From the NCBI GenBank assembly GCA_963730185.1, contig CAVSQW010000015.1, positions 480,001 to 544,000 of the forward strand: a stretch of DNA of 64,000 nucleotides, read 5' to 3'. The translations under genes and the position numbers were made by a program. This DNA comes from an uncultured Gemmatimonadales bacterium (lineage in GTDB: Bacteria; Gemmatimonadota; Gemmatimonadetes; Gemmatimonadales; GWC2-71-9). Below, piece after piece: positions 32,022 to 42,207 of this stretch. The notes beneath the pieces are model-generated. The model saw only the letters and a list, made by a program, of their open reading frames with translations. It was not told the origin of the DNA and did no database searches. How positions within the stretch are numbered: the first letter of the stretch is position 1; each line of letters opens with the position of its first letter.

Positions 32022-33382
32022 ATGTTCACGAAAGTCCTGATCGCGAACCGCGGCGAGATCGCCCTCCGGGTCATCCGGGCCTGCCGCGAGCTGGCCATTC
32101 AGACCGTCGCCGTCTACAGCGAGGCCGACCGCGAGTCGCTGCATGTGCGCTTCGCCGACGACGACGTCTGCATCGGTCCCGCGCCCAGCCGCTCGTCCTA
32201 CCTCAACATTCCCCGAGCATCATCGCCGCCGCCGAGATCACTGGCGCCGACGCCATTCACCCGGGCTACGGCTTTCTGGCCGAGAACGCGGAGTTCGCCG
32301 AGATCTGCAAGGCGTCGAACATCGCCTTCATCGGGCCGACGGCCGAGCAGATCCGGCAGATGGGCGACAAGGCTTCGGCCCGCCGCCTGGCCAAGGAGGC
32401 CGGCGTTCCCACCGTGCCCGGCTCGGAAGGCATCCTGACCGACGTCGAGGAAGCCCTCCCCCTGGCGGAGGGCATCGGCTTCCCGGTGATCATCAAAGCC
32501 ACCGCGGGCGGGGGCGGGAAGGGCATGCGGATCGCCCACGACGGCGACCAGTTCACCCAGCTCTTCGGGCTGGCCCAGAACGAGGCGCTCTCCGCCTTCG
32601 GCAACGGCGACGTCTACGTCGAGAAGTACCTGGAGCGGCCGCGCCACGTCGAGATCCAGGTGATCGGCGACCAGCACGGCCGGGTGATGCACCTGGGCGA
32701 GCGCGACTGCTCGGTGCAGCGTCGGCATCAGAAGCTGATCGAAGAGAGCCCGAGCCCGGCGCTCACGCCCGAGCTGCGCCAGCAGATGGGCGACGCCGCC
32801 GTAGCGCTCTCGGCGGCGATCGGCTACGTCGGCGCCGGGACAATCGAATTTCTGCTCGACATCGACGGCAGCTTCTACTTCATGGAGATGAACACCCGAA
32901 TCCAGGTGGAGCATCCGGTGACCGAAATGGTGACCGGGTTCGATCTGGTCAAGGAGCAGATCCGGGTGGCGGCCGGCGAGCCGCTTACCTTCCCGGCCCA
33001 TCTGAACGGGCTTCGGGGCCACGCGATCGAGTGCCGGATCAACGCGGAGGACCCGTACCGCAACTTCCAGCCGTCGCCCGGGCTGATCACCGCCTACCAT
33101 CCGCCGGGCGGTCCCGGCGTCCGGATCGACACCCACGTCTACGCCGGCTACCGGGTGCCGCCGCACTACGATTCGCTGCTGGCCAAGGTGATCGTGCACG
33201 GGCGCGACCGGGCCGAGGCGCTGGCTCGGATGGGGCAGGCGCTCGACAGCTTCATTCTCGAAGGCGTCACGACTACGATTCCGTTCCTGGCACGGGTGAT
33301 CAAGAGCCCCAAGTTCGTCGCGGGCGAGATCGATACCCGGTTCCTCGAACGGGAGAGTCATCTGCTCCGCCCCGAGTCATGA
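32022..33382 (+). CDS. accC: Biotin carboxylase; frameshift near 32210-32220
   Basis: [13 protein letters not shown] in the first frame; [41 protein letters not shown] in the second. Confidence 0.95.
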
Positions 33383-34122
33383 GCATCGACGTCGTCTTCA
33401 CGCCCGCGGGCCTCGCCAAGGACGAGATCGCGGGCAAGGTGGTATTCGTGATCGACGTGTTGCGAGCCACGACGGTCATATGCGCGTCGCTCTTTCACGG
33501 AGCCCGGGGCGTCATTCCGGTCGGCTCGATCGAGGAGGCCACCCGGATGGCCCAGACGCTGGGCCCCAAGGACGTGGTGCTCACCGGCGAGCGGAACGGC
33601 CTCCCGATCGCCGGGTTCGCGCTGGGCAACAGCCCCCTCGAGATGACCGAAGCGCAGGTGAAGGGCAAGACCTTGGTGATGACCACGAGCAACGGGACCG
33701 GCGCGATGCTGGCCACGGCCGGGGCGGCGCAGGTCTACCTGGCCGCCGCGGCGAATCTCTCGCTGGCCGGCGCCCGGGCTCGCGCGGTCGTCGACGCCGG
33801 TGGCCAGGTGGTGATCCTCTGCGCTGGCCGGGCCGGCGCGTTCGGTCTCGACGACGCCTACACCGCCGGCCGCCTGGTGATCGAGGCCCGCGGCGGCAGC
33901 CGGGGCCGGAAGGGCCTCAACGACGCCGCCATGGCCTCGGTGGACTTGGTCCGGCGCTACGGTGAGCGCTGGGGCCGTCCGCTCGGCCTCTCGGCCGCGG
34001 GGCGGCACCTGACCGCGATCGGGATGGGCCACGACGTGCTCGAGGCCGCCAATCAGGACCGCTACCCCGTGCTGCCGCAATTCCACGACCGGCGGATCTC
34101 CGCCGCGCCTCCCGAGTCATGA
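33379..34122 (+). CDS. comB: 2-phosphosulfolactate phosphatase family protein
   Basis: [33 protein letters not shown]. Confidence 0.9.
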   Translation: MSIDVVFTPAGLAKDEIAGKVVFVIDVLRATTVICASLFHGARGVIPVGSIEEATRMAQTLGPKDVVLTGERNGLPIAGFALGNSPLEMTEAQVKGKTLVMTTSNGTGAMLATAGAAQVYLAAAANLSLAGARARAVVDAGGQVVILCAGRAGAFGLDDAYTAGRLVIEARGGSRGRKGLNDAAMASVDLVRRYGERWGRPLGLSAAGRHLTAIGMGHDVLEAANQDRYPVLPQFHDRRISAAPPES

Positions 34123-36368
34123 CGCCCGAAGATCGCCGCCGGCTCGGCGCGCTGTCCGCGCTGGTCCTCGGGATCTTCCTCGGCCTCTGCCTGATCCCGG
34201 GGATGCCGACCGGCGCCCTCGGCCGGACGCTGGGGGGTCTGCTCTGGCGGTCGTTCGGCGCCGGCGCGGTGGGCCTGCCGCTCCTCGGGCTCGCCCTGGC
34301 GCTGGCCGGCTTCGACCGGCTGCCCCGGCTCGACATGAAACGGGCGGCCGTGCTCCTCGGCGGGCTCTCGCTGCTGGTCCCCTTCGTGATCGGGGTGGTG
34401 GTGGGCTCGATCCCGGCGGACTTCGACCCGCGACTGGCCGACTGGTCGGCGGCGGCCCGCGGCGCCGGGCTGCTGCCCGGGCTTCTGGCCTACGGGGTGG
34501 TCGGCCTGGTGGGGAAGACCGGTGGCCTCCTCCTGGGCTTCCTGCTGCTGTCCGCGCTCACCATCCTGACCCTCGCCTGGCATCCGCTCCGGCGGCTGGA
34601 AAAGGTCGAGGGCGAGGAGGCCGTGACCGCGGGCCCCGAGCGGTCGGCCAGGACGCCGCGCCCCAAGCGCGAGCCCAAGTCCGAGTCCGAGTCCGAGCCC
34701 GAGCCCGCGCTGGCGGCCGCGGCGCCGCCCGGTCTGGATGCCGGGCGGAAATCGCGATCCAAGGCCACCTCGCTCGCGGAAGCGGCCACCGCCGGCGAGC
34801 GGCGGCCCGAGGACTCCGATCTGCCGCCGGTCTCGCTCCTCCGCGAGCCGGCGGTCCAGGACACTCAGGCCGACGAGGCCGAGCTGGACCGGCTGGGCAA
34901 CTCCCTGCTGGAGACGCTCCGGACCTTCAAGGTGGACGGGTCGATCGCGGGGCGGACCAGCGGGCCGGTGGTGACCCAGTTCGAGGTCGTGCCGGGACCG
35001 GGCGTCAAGGCCGGTCGAATCGTGTCGCTCGCCGACGACCTGGCGATCACCATGCGGGCCACCAGCATCCGGGTGGCGCCGATTCCCGACAAGGGCGCGG
35101 TGGGGGTGGAGATTCCCGAATCCGACCCGCCGGATGGTCACGCTCCGCGAGCTGCTCGAGGCGACCGAGTGGCACCGGAGCCGGGCCATCCTGCCGGTGG
35201 CGCTCGGGCGTGATCTCGAGGGGAAGCCGGTGGTGGCCGACCTGGCCAAGATGCCCCACCTGCTGATCGCCGGCGCCACCGGCACCGGCAAGTCGGTCGG
35301 CGATCAACGCCATCGTCAGCTGCCTGATCTACCGCCGGCCGGCGTCGCACCTCCGGTTCCTGATGATCGACCCCAAGATGGTGGAGCTGTCGATGTACAA
35401 CGAGCTGCCCCACCTCCGCCACAAGGTCGTCACCAACAACAACGACGCCGCCCGGGTGCTCAAGTGGGCGGTGTACGAGATGAACCGGCGCTACGAGCTG
35501 CTCCACGCCAACGGCGCCCGGAACGTGGCCGACTTCAACCGGAAGGCTGAGGACGGCAAGCCGCTCCGGAACCCGGTCAAGGAACGACCCACCCTGACGG
35601 ACATCTCGGCTCAGGAAGTGACCACCCCGCCGGAGCCCGCGACCCCGGAGACCTACACCGAGGGGATCCTGCCGTACATCGTGATCGTGGTGGACGAGCT
35701 GGCCGACCTGATGATGACGGTGGCCGGCGAGGTCGAGACGCCCCTCGCGCATGCTGGCCCAGAAGGCCCGCGCCATCGGCATCCACCTGATCCTCGCGAC
35801 CCAGCGTCCGTCGGTGAACGTGCTGACCGGTCTGATCAAGGCCAACTTCCCGAGCCGGATCGGCTTCCGGGTGGCCTCCAAGGTCGATAGCCGGACCATC
35901 CTCGACCAGAACGGTGCCGAGGCCCTGCTGGGGAACGGCGACATGCTCTTCCTGCCGCCGGGACGGAGCGAGCCCCAGCGGATCCAGGGCGCGTTCATCG
36001 GGACGGAGGAGACCGAGACCCTGATGAGCTGGTTCCGCGACCGGCGGGAGGCGCGGGAGGCGGAGGAGCGGGCCAAGGAAGACGACATCATCGCGTTCAT
36101 GCGGGCCAAGGAAGCCGAGGACGACGGCGGCGGCCCGTCCGGGGTGGACACCGATCGGGACGATCTCTTCCGCGACGCGGCCGAGGCGTGCGTGCAGAAT
36201 CAGGGCGGGTCCACGTCGCTCCTCCAGCGCCGGCTTCGGATCGGGTACGGGCGGGCCGCCCGGATCATCGATCAGCTTCACAGTGCCGGCATCCTGGGCC
36301 CCCCAGACGGCAGCAAGCCGCGGGAGGTGCTGATCGGGGTGGAGCAGATCGAGGAGTATTGTGAGTAG
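34119..36368 (+). CDS. ftsK: DNA translocase FtsK; three frameshifts near 35118, 35300 and 35750
   Basis: N-terminal TMs, GPVVTQFE, KMPHLLIAGATGTGKSV, MIDPKMVEL, VVDELADLMM, ATQRPSV, gamma domain STSLLQRRLRIGYGRAARI. Confidence 0.93.
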
Positions 36369-36555
36369 TGAGCAGGGAGTTGTGACTAGGGAGGGAGTAG
36401 GGAATCGTGAATGGGGGTGGCCTCTGCTCGGTCCCTGGTCACGACTCACCATTCACGCCCAAATCACGACTCACCACTCACCATTCACTCCCTAATCACG
36501 ACTCACCATTCACCATTCACTCCCTAGTCACGACTCACCACTCACCATTCACTAT
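36361..36555. repeat. Inverted heptamer-repeat element: G-rich arm at the ftsK stop, C-rich arm with a 32-nt higher-order repeat before the next ATG
   Basis: GAGTTGTGACTAGGGA (36377-36392) versus TCCCTAGTCACGACTC (36521-36536); TCACGAC units at 36439, 36464, 36496, 36528. Confidence 0.88.
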
Positions 36556-36561
36556 CCCCCC

Positions 36562-36846
36562 ATGTGTCGAAACATCCGCACCCTCTTCAATTTCGATCCC
36601 CCGGCAACCGATGAGGAAGTGCGGGCCGCCGCGCTCCAGTTCGTCCGCAAGGTGTCGGGTTTCACCCGACCCTCGAAAGCGAACCAGGCTCCCTTCGACC
36701 GTGCGATCGACGACGTAACCCGGGCGGCCCGGCGACTCCTCGGTTCGCTCGAGACCACCGCCGCGGCCCGGAGCCGCGAGGTCGAGGCGGCCCGGCGCCG
36801 GGCCCGCTCGGCCCGCCGCTTCGGTGGGGAAGCCCGACCTTCCTGA
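36562..36846 (+). CDS. DUF2277 family protein
   Basis: MCRNIRTLFNFDPPATDEEVRAAALQFVRKVSG...NQAPF family signature. Confidence 0.85.
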   Translation: MCRNIRTLFNFDPPATDEEVRAAALQFVRKVSGFTRPSKANQAPFDRAIDDVTRAARRLLGSLETTAAARSREVEAARRRARSARRFGGEARPS

Positions 36847-37035
36847 TCGGGGTCCGGGGCGCCCCCGGCCCCCTGGCCCCCGTCTTGCCCGTCCAGCCGC
36901 GACGAGCCGTATCACTGCGCCCCCGGCCCTGCCGGGGTCCGGCGCCTGCCGCGTTCGGCCACGGGCTCTCGCAGCCCGCGGGGGCGGGGGAGCGCACCGG
37001 ATTGCGCGCCGTCCTGGGGGAAGGGGGGACAACCC

Positions 37036-37944
37036 ATGAGCTGGAAACGACTTGGAAGGACGGCCCTCGGGGCCGCGCTGGTCGCGGTGGGGGCCTGTGG
37101 GGGCGAACCGACCGGTTTCTCGGCCTCGGTGTCGGTGAACCGCTTCTTTGCCGGCGCGTACGCGGTCATGCCGAATGGCGCCGCCCCCGCGGCCGGACCG
37201 AAGGCGGGCGCGGCCGCGGCGGCCCCCGCCGATCCCGTGCTGATCAACGCGGTGCTCCGGAGCGGCACCTGGGAGGTGGGGGCCGGCGGTCCGGTCGCCA
37301 CGCTCACGCTCCAGAGCTCGATCGTGACCGGCATGCCGGCCCGGCTCGAGGTCAGCGGTGACGCGCCCTTCAGCCGGATCGTGCTCGCCGTGCCGGGCTC
37401 GGCCGACTACTGGGAGATCACTCTTCCCTCCGAGGTGACCCAGATTCAGGTGGTGGTCACCGGCTCGAGCTCGATTCCGAACACCCAGTTCTCCATGCAG
37501 GCCGGGGTCGGGAGCGCGACCGGTCTGGGCCGGGTGGCCGAGCAGTCGGTGCACGCGGTAGACCTCGGGAACGTGGACGTGGCCGTCGTGCTCCGCTGGA
37601 ACGCCTACAGCGACGTAGACCTCCACGTCATCGATCCCAACGGGCACGAGGTGTACTTCGCCAGTCCGTCGAGTCCCGAAGGCGGGCGCCTCGACCTCGA
37701 CTCGAACCCGGCCTGCCACATCGACGGGGTGAACCAGGAGGTCGTCACCTGGCCCCTCAATGCTGCGCCGATTGGCCAGTACCGGATCGTGGTGGACTAC
37801 TGGTCCGACTGCGGCGTGCCCCGGAGCGACTACGCCGTGACCTACATGGTCCGGGGGCGGACGGTTCAGGTGGTGAACGGCGCCTTCGAGGGACCGACCT
37901 CCCCCAGCGCCCAACACGAGATCGGCACGTTCGCCTTCCCCTAG
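37036..37944 (+). CDS. Lipoprotein with YfaP/DUF2135-like C-terminal domain
   Basis: Lipobox VGAC; LRW...DVDLHVIDPNG...GGRLDLDSN...E. Confidence 0.7.
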   Translation: MSWKRLGRTALGAALVAVGACGGEPTGFSASVSVNRFFAGAYAVMPNGAAPAAGPKAGAAAAAPADPVLINAVLRSGTWEVGAGGPVATLTLQSSIVTGMPARLEVSGDAPFSRIVLAVPGSADYWEITLPSEVTQIQVVVTGSSSIPNTQFSMQAGVGSATGLGRVAEQSVHAVDLGNVDVAVVLRWNAYSDVDLHVIDPNGHEVYFASPSSPEGGRLDLDSNPACHIDGVNQEVVTWPLNAAPIGQYRIVVDYWSDCGVPRSDYAVTYMVRGRTVQVVNGAFEGPTSPSAQHEIGTFAFP

Positions 37945-38102
37945 ACTGGCGGAAGGCGGGTAGGTAGGTGGACGCCTGGAAGGTGGGTTAGCTTGGGGCG
38001 GTCGGCGGATGCAACGTCGGCCGCCCCTGGCGCATCGAACTCGCGAGGCCGGCCCGCCGGTCTCCAGCCGCCCGACCGTCCACCCGACTCCCGGGGGTCT
38101 TC

Positions 38103-40523
38103 GTGACGAACCAGCTTCGGCTCGCTTGGCGCACCCTTCGCCGTCGCCCGATCCTCTCGCTCGCCATCGCGCTCACGGTGGGCAGCGCCCTCGCGGCGAC
38201 GACGATCGCCTTCGCCGTGGTGCGAGGGGTGCTGCTCGAGCCGCTGCCCTACGCGGACCCGGATGGGCTGGTGGCGCTCTGGGAAACGCGGCCCGACCAG
38301 GGGAACGACCGGAACGTGGCCTCGCCGGCCAATTTCTACGCCTGGCGGGAACGGTTGCACTCGGTGGGATCGGTTGCGTCGCTCCTGTCCACCAGCGCCG
38401 CCCTGACCGGTGACGGCGAGCCCGAGCAGGTTGGGATGATGCTGGCCTCGGCTGCCTATTTCCCGATCGTCGGCGCGACGCCCCTGGCCGGCCGGTTCTA
38501 CTCCGAGCGGGAGGACGTGGACGGCGGGCCCAAGGTCGCGGTGATTTCCGAGGGGCTCTGGCGCCGCCGGTTCGGTGGCGACCCGGGCGCGGTGGGCCGG
38601 ACCATCGAGCTCAACGAGACCCGGTACGAGATCGTGGGCGTGCTGCCGGCGCGGTTCGACTTCGCCCCCCGGTACGCCTTCGCCAGCACGGGGACCCGCG
38701 ACGTCTGGGCGCCGCCCCAGTACGACGCCCGGGCCCGGACCTGGGGCGGCCGGTTCCTTCAGGTGATCGGTCGGCTGGCTCCCGGCGCTACGGTCGGCCA
38801 GGCCAATCAGGAGGTCGATCGATTGGCCTCGGCGCTCCGGTCGGAGTTTCCGACCCGGCAGGAGGGCTGGGGCATGCGTGCCGTCGAGCTCAAGACCGAT
38901 CAGGTGGGCGACGTGCGCCCGACCGTGCTGATCGTCTTCGGGGCGGTGCTCTTCGTGCTGCTGATCGCTTGCGCCAACGTGGCCAACCTCCTGCTGACCC
39001 GGTCGGCGGAGCGGCAGCAGGAGGTCGCGGTGCGCGCCGCGCTGGGCGCCGGTCGGGCCGCCATCTTCCGGCAGCTGCTCGGCGAGAGCGTGGTGCTCAC
39101 CGGGCTTGGCGGGCTGGCCGGGCTCGGGCTGGCCTCGTGGGGGGTGACCGCGCTGGTGGCCTCGGCGCCGGACCTGCCCCGGCTCGACGCGGTCCGGCTC
39201 GACGGGGCGGTGATCGGCTTCGGGCTGCTGGCTACCCTGCTGGCCTCGGTGCTGATCGGCCTCGGTCCAGCGGTCCAGCTGGCGGGGCAGGACTTGGCGA
39301 CCTGGCTTACCCAACGATCGACGGCCGGACGGCGGTCGGCCCATCGGCTCCGTTCGACCCTGGTTGCGGCCCAGGTCGCCTTGTCGTTCGTGCTGCTGGT
39401 GGGGGCGGGTCTCCTGGTCCGGAGCCTGGTCAACCGCCTCGGGGTGGAGACCGGGGTGAATCTCGATGGTCTGATGACCGCCCAGGTGTCGCTCCCGGGC
39501 CGCCGCTACGGTGGGCCCGAGCGGCGGAGCGCGTTCTTCGAGCAGCTGGTCGAGCGGGTTGCCGCGTCGCCCGGGGTGGCCTCCGCCAGCATCGCCAGCA
39601 TCGTGCCGATGAGCGGCGACGGGCAGGCGACCTCCTTCCGGGCCCTCGATCTTCCGGCGCCGGCGCCGGGTCAGGAGCCGGTGGCCGATGTCCGCTTCGT
39701 GCAGCACGACTACCACCGGACGATGGGGATCGACGTGCTGGAGGGGCATTCACTCGACGGCAGTGGCGCCGCCGGCGGTCCGGTCAGCGTCCTGATCAAC
39801 CAGGCCGGCGCCGAGCTGCTCTGGCCGGGCCAGTCCGCGATCGGGAAGGAGATCGCGATGGAGTGGGGCGACACGCTGGTCGCGCAGGTGGTCGGGGTCG
39901 TCCGCGACGTGCGTCTGGCCGGTCCCGACCGCCCGGTCCGGACGACGCTCTACTGGGACTACCGGCAGGTCGGGGTGCCGACGCGGATGGTCGTGATCGC
40001 GCGGGCCGCCACGGGCCGCCCGGAAGCGCTGGCGCCGGTCATCCGGACCGCCGTTCACGACTTGGACCCGAACCTCCCCGTCTACAACGTCCGAACGATG
40101 CTGTCCTACTTCGGCGACGCGGTCGCCCGGGCGCGCTTCACCACCGTGGCGCTCGGTCTCTTCGCCCTGCTGGCTCTCGCCCTGGCGGTGCTCGGCGTCT
40201 ACGGCGTGATGGCGTATGCCATCCAGCAGCGGGAGCGGGAGATCGGCATCCGGCTCGCGTTGGGGGCCGATCGCGGCACGGTCGTCGGGATGGTGCTCCG
40301 GGAAGGAACCCGGGTCGTGCTCCCGGCGCTGGCCGTGGGTGTCGTCGGCGCGCTGGCGCTGACCCGGCTGCTCCAATCTCTGGTGTTCGAGGTAAGTCCG
40401 GCCGACCCGGCGACCTTCGGCGCGGTGGGCCTGGTGCTCGGCCTGGCCGCGATGGCCGCGTGCTGGCTCCCCGCGCGGCGGGCCAGTGGGATCGACCCCG
40501 TCGAGGCGATTCGCACCGATTGA
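38103..40523 (+). CDS. Duplicated MacB/FtsX-type ABC permease (ADOP-like), no adjacent ATPase
   Basis: LLEPLPY.DP, LLIACANVANLLL.R...RQQEVAVRAALGAGR, REREIGIRLALGA, WLPARRASGIDP. Confidence 0.88.
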   Translation: MTNQLRLAWRTLRRRPILSLAIALTVGSALAATTIAFAVVRGVLLEPLPYADPDGLVALWETRPDQGNDRNVASPANFYAWRERLHSVGSVASLLSTSAALTGDGEPEQVGMMLASAAYFPIVGATPLAGRFYSEREDVDGGPKVAVISEGLWRRRFGGDPGAVGRTIELNETRYEIVGVLPARFDFAPRYAFASTGTRDVWAPPQYDARARTWGGRFLQVIGRLAPGATVGQANQEVDRLASALRSEFPTRQEGWGMRAVELKTDQVGDVRPTVLIVFGAVLFVLLIACANVANLLLTRSAERQQEVAVRAALGAGRAAIFRQLLGESVVLTGLGGLAGLGLASWGVTALVASAPDLPRLDAVRLDGAVIGFGLLATLLASVLIGLGPAVQLAGQDLATWLTQRSTAGRRSAHRLRSTLVAAQVALSFVLLVGAGLLVRSLVNRLGVETGVNLDGLMTAQVSLPGRRYGGPERRSAFFEQLVERVAASPGVASASIASIVPMSGDGQATSFRALDLPAPAPGQEPVADVRFVQHDYHRTMGIDVLEGHSLDGSGAAGGPVSVLINQAGAELLWPGQSAIGKEIAMEWGDTLVAQVVGVVRDVRLAGPDRPVRTTLYWDYRQVGVPTRMVVIARAATGRPEALAPVIRTAVHDLDPNLPVYNVRTMLSYFGDAVARARFTTVALGLFALLALALAVLGVYGVMAYAIQQREREIGIRLALGADRGTVVGMVLREGTRVVLPALAVGVVGALALTRLLQSLVFEVSPADPATFGAVGLVLGLAAMAACWLPARRASGIDPVEAIRTD

Positions 40524-40668
40524 GACCGGCGGCGCGCCCCCGAAGCCCGTCGACGGGTCGCCGACCAACGGCTTCCGGGGAACGCCCTGCCGGAACGTTT
40601 CACTCGGTCGTGGGCTCCCCGTCGGCCATGCCCATGCGGCGACGGCGGGTCGCCGCTACTATGCTGCC

Positions 40669-42207
40669 ATGGCAACCCTCAATCTGGCGACCCTGCTCCG
40701 GGAACCGGCCGCGGAGCAGCCCGACGCCGTCGCGCTGGTCCAGGGCGATACCGGTTGGACGTACCGTGATCTCGACGACCGGGCCCGCCGTCTCGCCGCG
40801 GGTCTGCTCGATCTCGGCATCCGGCCGGGACAGCACGTAGCGCTCCTGTTCGCCAACCAGCCCGATTTCACCCTCTGCTACTTCGCCTGCCACTACGCCG
40901 GTCTGGTGGTCGTTCCGCTCAACGTGATGCTGACGGCCGAGGAGATTGGGTTCCACCTCGACGACGCGGACGTGGTGGCGCTTCTGGTGGCCGACGACCT
41001 GCTGCCCGCGGCTCGCACCGCACTGGCCCGAGCCGAGACCTGCAAGCACCTCGTCGTGGGACTCGGGCCACGCGAAGACACGCTGCTGCCGCCCGGTACC
41101 GAGCTGGTCGAGGCCCTTTCGGCGCCCGGGCGGCCGCCGGTGGCCGAGCCCGCCGCGACCGGTCCGGACGACACGGCGGTCATCCTCTACACCTCCGGGA
41201 CGACGGGCCGACCCAAGGGCGCCGAGCTCACCCACTTCAACCTCTACTGGAACGCGCATTACGTGGCCCGTCACTTTCTGGCCGATGGGCCGCCGCCGGT
41301 GTCGCTCGCGGCGCTGCCGTTCTTCCACAGCTTCGGTCAGACCGCGGTCCAGAACGCCACTTTCGTGGCCGGCGGCACGGTGGTGCTGCTGCCGCGGTTC
41401 GACGCCGGGGCGGCGTTGGCGCTGATCGACCGGCACCGGGTGTCCTACTTCGCGGGCGTGCCGACGATGTACTTCGGGTTGCTTCACCATCCGGAGGCCA
41501 CCCGATACGACCTCTCCAGCCTCCGCCGCTGCATCTCGGGCGGGGCCGCCATGCCGGTCGAGGTGCTCCGGGAATTCGACCGCCGGCATGGCGTCGACAT
41601 CCTCGAGGGGTACGGACTCTCGGAAACGTCGCCGGTGGCGAGCCAGAACCGGCCCGACCGGCCGAAGAAGCCGGGGTCGATCGGGCTCCCGCTCCGGGGG
41701 GTGGAGTTCCGGCTGGTGGGCGACGACGGCCGGACGATCGAGGCGCCTGAGGTGCCCGGGGAGATCTGGATCCGCGGGCCGGTAGTGATGAAGGGGTACT
41801 ACAAACGTCCGGAGGCCACGGCCGACACCGTTCGGGACGGCTGGCTCCGGACCGGCGACGTGGCCCAGCGCGACGCCGACGGCTTCTACTTCATCGTGGA
41901 CCGGAAGAAGGACATGGTCATCCGGGGCGGCTACAACGTCTATCCCCGGGAGATCGAGGAAGTGCTCTACGGGCACCCGGCCGTGATGGAGGCGGCGGTG
42001 ATCGGGGTGCCGGAGCCGCGGCTGGGCGAAGAGGTCAAGGCGGTGGTGGTGCTCAAGCGGGGGGCCGGGGTCACGGCCGAGGAGCTGATCGCCTACTGCC
42101 GGAGCCGGCTGGCGGCCTACAAGTACCCCCGCCGAGTGGAGTTCGTCGCCGCGCTGCCGAAGGGGCCCACCGGCAAGATCCTCAAGCGGATGCTTCGGAG
42201 CGGCTGA
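40669..42207 (+). CDS. Long-chain fatty acid-CoA ligase (AMP-binding family)
   Basis: YTSGTTGRPKG, EGYGLSET, WLRTGD, DRKKDMVIRGGYNVYPREIEE, LPKGPTGKIL. Confidence 0.92.
   Translation: MATLNLATLLREPAAEQPDAVALVQGDTGWTYRDLDDRARRLAAGLLDLGIRPGQHVALLFANQPDFTLCYFACHYAGLVVVPLNVMLTAEEIGFHLDDADVVALLVADDLLPAARTALARAETCKHLVVGLGPREDTLLPPGTELVEALSAPGRPPVAEPAATGPDDTAVILYTSGTTGRPKGAELTHFNLYWNAHYVARHFLADGPPPVSLAALPFFHSFGQTAVQNATFVAGGTVVLLPRFDAGAALALIDRHRVSYFAGVPTMYFGLLHHPEATRYDLSSLRRCISGGAAMPVEVLREFDRRHGVDILEGYGLSETSPVASQNRPDRPKKPGSIGLPLRGVEFRLVGDDGRTIEAPEVPGEIWIRGPVVMKGYYKRPEATADTVRDGWLRTGDVAQRDADGFYFIVDRKKDMVIRGGYNVYPREIEEVLYGHPAVMEAAVIGVPEPRLGEEVKAVVVLKRGAGVTAEELIAYCRSRLAAYKYPRRVEFVAALPKGPTGKILKRMLRSG

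Noticed and set aside
32143..34122. Apparent long fusion ORFs in the track (32143-34122, 12348-14462, 54523-56949, 56061-58253, 47829-49826, 51518-52852)
   Set aside because: Their N-terminal parts are off-frame readthrough of upstream genes; the real starts are at the downstream overlapping ATGs.
36439..36555. 32-nt periodic repeat as a CRISPR array
   Set aside because: There are no unique spacers, the units are built from heptamers, and no cas genes are present.
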